Source: a bacterium (GTDB lineage Bacteria > UBP14 > UBA6098 > B30-G16). Taken from it: a stretch of DNA of 64,000 nucleotides. The first letter of the stretch is position 1; each line of letters begins with the position of its first letter. The position numbers were made by a program, and so were the translations under genes. Under the pieces are notes generated by a model, which had not been told where the DNA came from, made no database searches, and worked only from the letters and a program-made list of their open reading frames with translations. The stretch covers positions 29,211 to 93,210 of the forward strand of contig JAUWMV010000004.1 in the NCBI GenBank assembly GCA_030613005.1. The letters are read 5' to 3'. Positions 60,599 to 64,000 of this stretch are shown here, in pieces.

Positions 60599-60856
60599 TT
60601 ACTCAGAACCGACAGCACGTTTCAAAATCTCTACAAGCTCCCACGATTTTGTTTTAGAAAAGAGTCTTGATTCAATTACTTTAACAATATCCCCAACCTT
60701 AGCTTTATTCTCGGAATCGTGAGCCTTAACTCTAGATCTACGCTTAACCACTTTTTTATATAAAGGGTGCGGAATTAACTTTATAAGTTCCACAGTAATT
60801 GTCTTATCCATCCTATCAGATATTACAATCCCCTCAAAAGTTCTTCGGTTGCCCAT
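60599..60856 (-). CDS. rpsQ: 30S ribosomal protein S17
   Basis: ATG 3 nt after GGGAGA. MGNRRTFEGIVISDRMDKTITVELIKLIPHPLYKK. Confidence 0.85.
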   Translation of the reverse strand: MGNRRTFEGIVISDRMDKTITVELIKLIPHPLYKKVVKRRSRVKAHDSENKAKVGDIVKVIESRLFSKTKSWELVEILKRAVGSE

Positions 60857-60909
60857 TATTCTCCCTATTTGAATGTAAAACAAAACCAAGAACAATCAAA
60901 TGAAATTGG

Positions 60910-60937
60910 AAAATATATTAACAAAAACCCTTGTCAA
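60910..60937 (-). promoter_or_regulatory. possible promoter for the rpsQ-led ribosomal block
   Basis: On the minus strand, TTGACA (plus-strand 60932-60937) with TATATT or TATTTT 14-16 nt downstream, about 50 nt upstream of the rpsQ ATG. The -10 element is imperfect. Confidence 0.25.
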
Positions 60938-61043
60938 GCAAATATTATTTAATTTTTTGGAATTAGTTGATGTTTTCCCATTTAGGAAATCAAAATGTAA
61001 TTTATTAAATCGAATGTCAATAAAATGCATATAGTATTAAGGA

Positions 61044-62753
61044 TTACCAACTGATTCGAAGGTTAACTTTGGCATTTATTGACACTTCAGACTTTGAATC
61101 GGTCTTTTTAAGTGAAATGCTAGTTTTCACATTTGAAAACCTATCAGAGATTATGGGTGCCAATGTCAGCTTCCAATAACCAATGCTTTGGTCATCCACA
61201 TTAGAATCGTTTCTATCAAGCCTTAAACCGAACGACAACCAGTTATAGAAAGCGTAAATGAGTTCAGATTTCACCCAATATTGTTCTTTCTTATTACTCT
61301 CGGTATAATTATTCCACTTATAATAGAAATTCTCTCTGATATTAATCGAGCTTCCAATATCCCATCGATGAGCAATATAAACCTTATCCTTAGTATCTCC
61401 AGAAATGCCGAGACCTTCCCAATTCCGAGTGTATGATAATCGTAAATTGTCATTGTGATTGAACTTATAAATTCCTGATAAATAAATTTCACCACCGTTG
61501 CTGAGTGAATTTGGCATTGAAAAAAATGAAGTCACACAATTTATCGACAACTTCCTTATCGGTTTAAATTTCAGGTTAATATCTGTGCCTAATTCTCCTG
61601 CTTGATATGCTTTTAAATAGAAATCATTTTCTCTTGGATAATATTTTTCATATCCTCTATCGCAAAAACCATCAGAGTACAGAACAATAAAATCGGGATG
61701 ATAAACCCAAAATTTCCAAGCGATATTGCCGGTTTTCTTTGAAGGAGTCAGAATCAAATTTCCACCCCAACTTCCATTATTTAAAACTGCTAATTCATAT
61801 TGAAGCTTGTTTTTGAAAAAATGATTTATACCAAAAATCGATGCCCCATATTGCTCTATTTTTTCTGAATCCATATCGGCAGATGACAACTTCCCAAAAT
61901 AAATGACAATCCCTTTTTGCTCTTTCTGAGAATGGTTCCATGACGCTGCAACTCCAGCCATACTTTGGGAAGTCTTATCATATTTGTTTGCTGAAATCGC
62001 AAGTTTTAATTTCCATTTACGATGCAAGTCCCAGGATGCAAAAAGACCATTTAATTCTCCATAAAAAGGTGATGCAAGATAAGATCTTGCAGAATTCGAT
62101 CTCTCTAACGTTGAAAGCGAAATTTTCCTGCCTACAAGCAACCCATATCCTAAATGTGCATCATAGTTTCCGAGAACGATTTCAACATCATTAGTTCTAT
62201 ATCTAGCATTTCTATATGTAGTCTGTAATTCCAGATCAGCCTGCTGTTTGAACCGATAATCCATCGAAAAATCCGACCATCTAAGTTCCAGCCTTCCACT
62301 ATGATATGGATCATTACTTAATGCAGGAGCTATAAAATTATATCTCGTGTAAATTCGGAAATTGCCGTTTATTCCCAGATCTCTTTTAGGAATTATATCT
62401 ATAAATGGCGAAATTAGTTCAATATCATTGGGGAAAACATTTGCAACCTGTTTTGAATTTTTAAAAATAACCCCCTCGTTTCGTTTTTTCTTAAGAGGAG
62501 CTATATCATTAGAATTCACACCGGGAATGATAAGAAGCCTTTGTAAATTATCGTAATTAATATCTACCTTGGATTCGAAGAGAGAAACAAGATCAGTATA
62601 TTGCTCATAGGTTAAATCTCCTACTTCGAATGAAGCGTATATATCATCTATAGAGGAGTAATAATTAACCGAAATATTTTGTGCAGATGCTAATTTTAGA
62701 AAAAGAACTAGCAAAAAAGCAAAATGGAAGTTAACTTTTTTTCTCATTGTCAA
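61044..62753 (-). CDS. outer-membrane beta-barrel-like hypothetical protein
   Basis: Signal peptide MRKKVNFHFAFLLVLFLKLASAQ. 569 aa, rich in Y/N/S/W beta-strand-like segments. C-terminal ...NLRISW ends in an aromatic residue. Confidence 0.5.
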   Translation of the reverse strand: MTMRKKVNFHFAFLLVLFLKLASAQNISVNYYSSIDDIYASFEVGDLTYEQYTDLVSLFESKVDINYDNLQRLLIIPGVNSNDIAPLKKKRNEGVIFKNSKQVANVFPNDIELISPFIDIIPKRDLGINGNFRIYTRYNFIAPALSNDPYHSGRLELRWSDFSMDYRFKQQADLELQTTYRNARYRTNDVEIVLGNYDAHLGYGLLVGRKISLSTLERSNSARSYLASPFYGELNGLFASWDLHRKWKLKLAISANKYDKTSQSMAGVAASWNHSQKEQKGIVIYFGKLSSADMDSEKIEQYGASIFGINHFFKNKLQYELAVLNNGSWGGNLILTPSKKTGNIAWKFWVYHPDFIVLYSDGFCDRGYEKYYPRENDFYLKAYQAGELGTDINLKFKPIRKLSINCVTSFFSMPNSLSNGGEIYLSGIYKFNHNDNLRLSYTRNWEGLGISGDTKDKVYIAHRWDIGSSINIRENFYYKWNNYTESNKKEQYWVKSELIYAFYNWLSFGLRLDRNDSNVDDQSIGYWKLTLAPIISDRFSNVKTSISLKKTDSKSEVSINAKVNLRISW

Positions 62754-63099
62754 GTTTAGATTTTAACTCCAAAAGGTCATGCTCAAGAAGAGCAATTTTT
62801 TGGGCTATGGTTTTTATTTTCTCTGCTTGGTGCGTTACTACAATTGAAAAATAAAGAAATAAAACAACCCCAAAGAATGTAATTACAGGTATTAATACAG
62901 CAGGAGCATAATATATTCCTATCAACTGAGAGAAATTTTCGAGAAGATCACTCCACAATGAAAACACTACCAATAATAACGCAAAAAGTATCCATAAAAT
63001 CGAAAATCGTTCTTTAAGTTTCTTTCGTCTCACCAACTCAAAAACAATACTAAAAAGCCCTATTGAGGCAATTAGAGAAATTATTTGAATTCTCTTCAC
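62731..63099 (-). CDS. DUF2304-like small membrane protein (GT2-associated)
   Basis: 122 aa with three to four transmembrane helices and a coiled-coil-like C-terminus. Shares a 4-nt overlap with the upstream glycosyltransferase. Confidence 0.5.
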   Translation of the reverse strand: MKRIQIISLIASIGLFSIVFELVRRKKLKERFSILWILFALLLVVFSLWSDLLENFSQLIGIYYAPAVLIPVITFFGVVLFLYFSIVVTHQAEKIKTIAQKIALLEHDLLELKSKLDNEKKS

Positions 63100-63827
63100 T
63101 CTATTCTATCTCCTCTTAAAACATTCATTAATAATGCAAGAGTAACTTTAATCATATAAATCAATGGTTTTATCCCTGAAATTGAAGATTGACCTCCTAA
63201 CCTTTCCCGCATTACAACTGGAACTTCAGTAAATGTAAATCCTGCTTTATAAATAAGAATAACAGCTTCTGGTTCAGGGAAATCATCAGGATAAACTTTC
63301 GAAATTAACTTTATTGAATCCTTTGAAAAAGCTCTAAATCCAGCAGTACAATCTGTAACCTTCTTTCCAGTGAGAATTTTAAAAAGGATTTCAAAATATT
63401 TTATTCCCAGCCTTCGCAAAAGTGACGATTGAAAACCTTCCTTTGTCAAAAACCTCGACCCTCCAATGACATCTGCAACATTATCTTGAATAAGTTCCAG
63501 CATTTTGGGTATGTATTTAGGATCATGTTGTCCATCACCATCTACTTGTATTGCAACATCATAATTATGCTCGAGTGCAAATTTAAAGCCACTTTGAACT
63601 GCAGAACCAATGCCCAAATTAAAAGGATGTCGAAGTACAAAAACCCCTGTTTCCTTAGCCTGATGATAAGTTTCATCACTCGAACCATCATCAATAACAA
63701 CGATATCAGCGAAAGGCACATTGTGTGATATCTCATCGACAACTTTAATTATTGTTTCAGATTCATTATATGCTGGAACAATAACAAGAGTTTTCAAGTT
63801 TTCGATTTTTTTTTCATTATTAGGCAT
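63096..63827 (-). CDS. family 2 glycosyltransferase (dolichol-phosphate mannosyltransferase-like)
   Basis: VIVPAYNESETI, VVIDDGSSDET and DGDGQHDP (DXD) motifs. 243 aa. Confidence 0.75.
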   Translation of the reverse strand: MPNNEKKIENLKTLVIVPAYNESETIIKVVDEISHNVPFADIVVIDDGSSDETYHQAKETGVFVLRHPFNLGIGSAVQSGFKFALEHNYDVAIQVDGDGQHDPKYIPKMLELIQDNVADVIGGSRFLTKEGFQSSLLRRLGIKYFEILFKILTGKKVTDCTAGFRAFSKDSIKLISKVYPDDFPEPEAVILIYKAGFTFTEVPVVMRERLGGQSSISGIKPLIYMIKVTLALLMNVLRGDRIE

Positions 63828-63866
63828 TTTTAGTCGTATAGATAAAAGAAATATGTGAAGCCATTT

Positions 63867-64000
63867 TTATATATTATATTTAACAGTCTTTAAAATCCCA
63901 TGATTAATTGAAATAGTTGACTCGAATCCAGATTCCCTTAATCGTATTCTATTTCCTACCGATTCTTTAACATCTCCTGCTCTTGGCAGCTCAAATTCGA
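63867..64000 (-). CDS. hypothetical protein (3' end only; start lies beyond the window)
   Basis: Open minus-strand frame entering from the window end and terminating with TAA at 63869..63867: ...EFELPRAGDVKESVGNRIRLRESGFESTISINHGILKTVKYNI*. Confidence 0.3.
   Translation of the reverse strand, partial: EFELPRAGDVKESVGNRIRLRESGFESTISINHGILKTVKYNI

Noticed and set aside
1-64000. CRISPR arrays, tRNA and rRNA genes
   Set aside because: I scanned the intergenic regions (4501-4764, 6022-6345, 9547-10230, 14254-14670, 44929-45241) for regularly spaced repeats and for T-loop-like GGTTCGAATCC motifs. None was found.

Overview
This is an AT-rich bacterial chromosomal window that is densely coding, with about 70 genes and many 4-nt ATGA/TGATATG start-stop overlaps. 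Housekeeping genes dominate: surE (partial), accA, a phosphohexomutase, purA, clpC, thrS, thiC, nadA, lipA, thiL, ispG, trxB, pgk, gap and rpsP plus a KH protein. On the minus strand from about 48.6 to 60.9 kb lies a long ribosomal-protein block: S17-L14-L24-L5-S14(Z)-S8-L6-L18-S5-L30-L15-secY-adk-map-infA-L36-S13-S11-S4-rpoA-L17. Several secreted proteins end in Por_Secre_tail-type (type IX secretion) C-terminal domains, and there is a thrombospondin type-3 repeat OmpA protein, so the organism looks like a member of the Fibrobacteres-Chlorobi-Bacteroidetes lineage or a related candidate phylum. A GC-rich island at 1764-2038 (minus strand) is a long, Bacillus-type signal recognition particle RNA, not a protein gene. 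No tRNA, rRNA or CRISPR array was seen. The items most worth a second look are listed below.
- 31216-35437: a zinc-ribbon Nudix hydrolase fused to a TrmI-like tRNA m1A methyltransferase, translationally coupled to an orphan AddB/Cas4-type Fe-S nuclease, immediately downstream of nadA.
- 27358-30013: a tightly coupled three-gene operon (DUF362 ferredoxin, an unknown protein, a nucleotidyltransferase).
- 25452-25865: a solitary IS200-like transposase directly upstream of thiC, with no recognisable TPP riboswitch in the thiC leader.
- 9559-10115: a frameshifted gene remnant in an otherwise ORF-free gap.
- 36550-36642: a 30-residue, extremely basic small ORF with good translation signals.
- 48602-49582: an L17 carrying a roughly 200-aa Glu/Lys-rich tail.
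- 60599-63827: the ribosomal block begins at S17, with no S10-L29 segment upstream.
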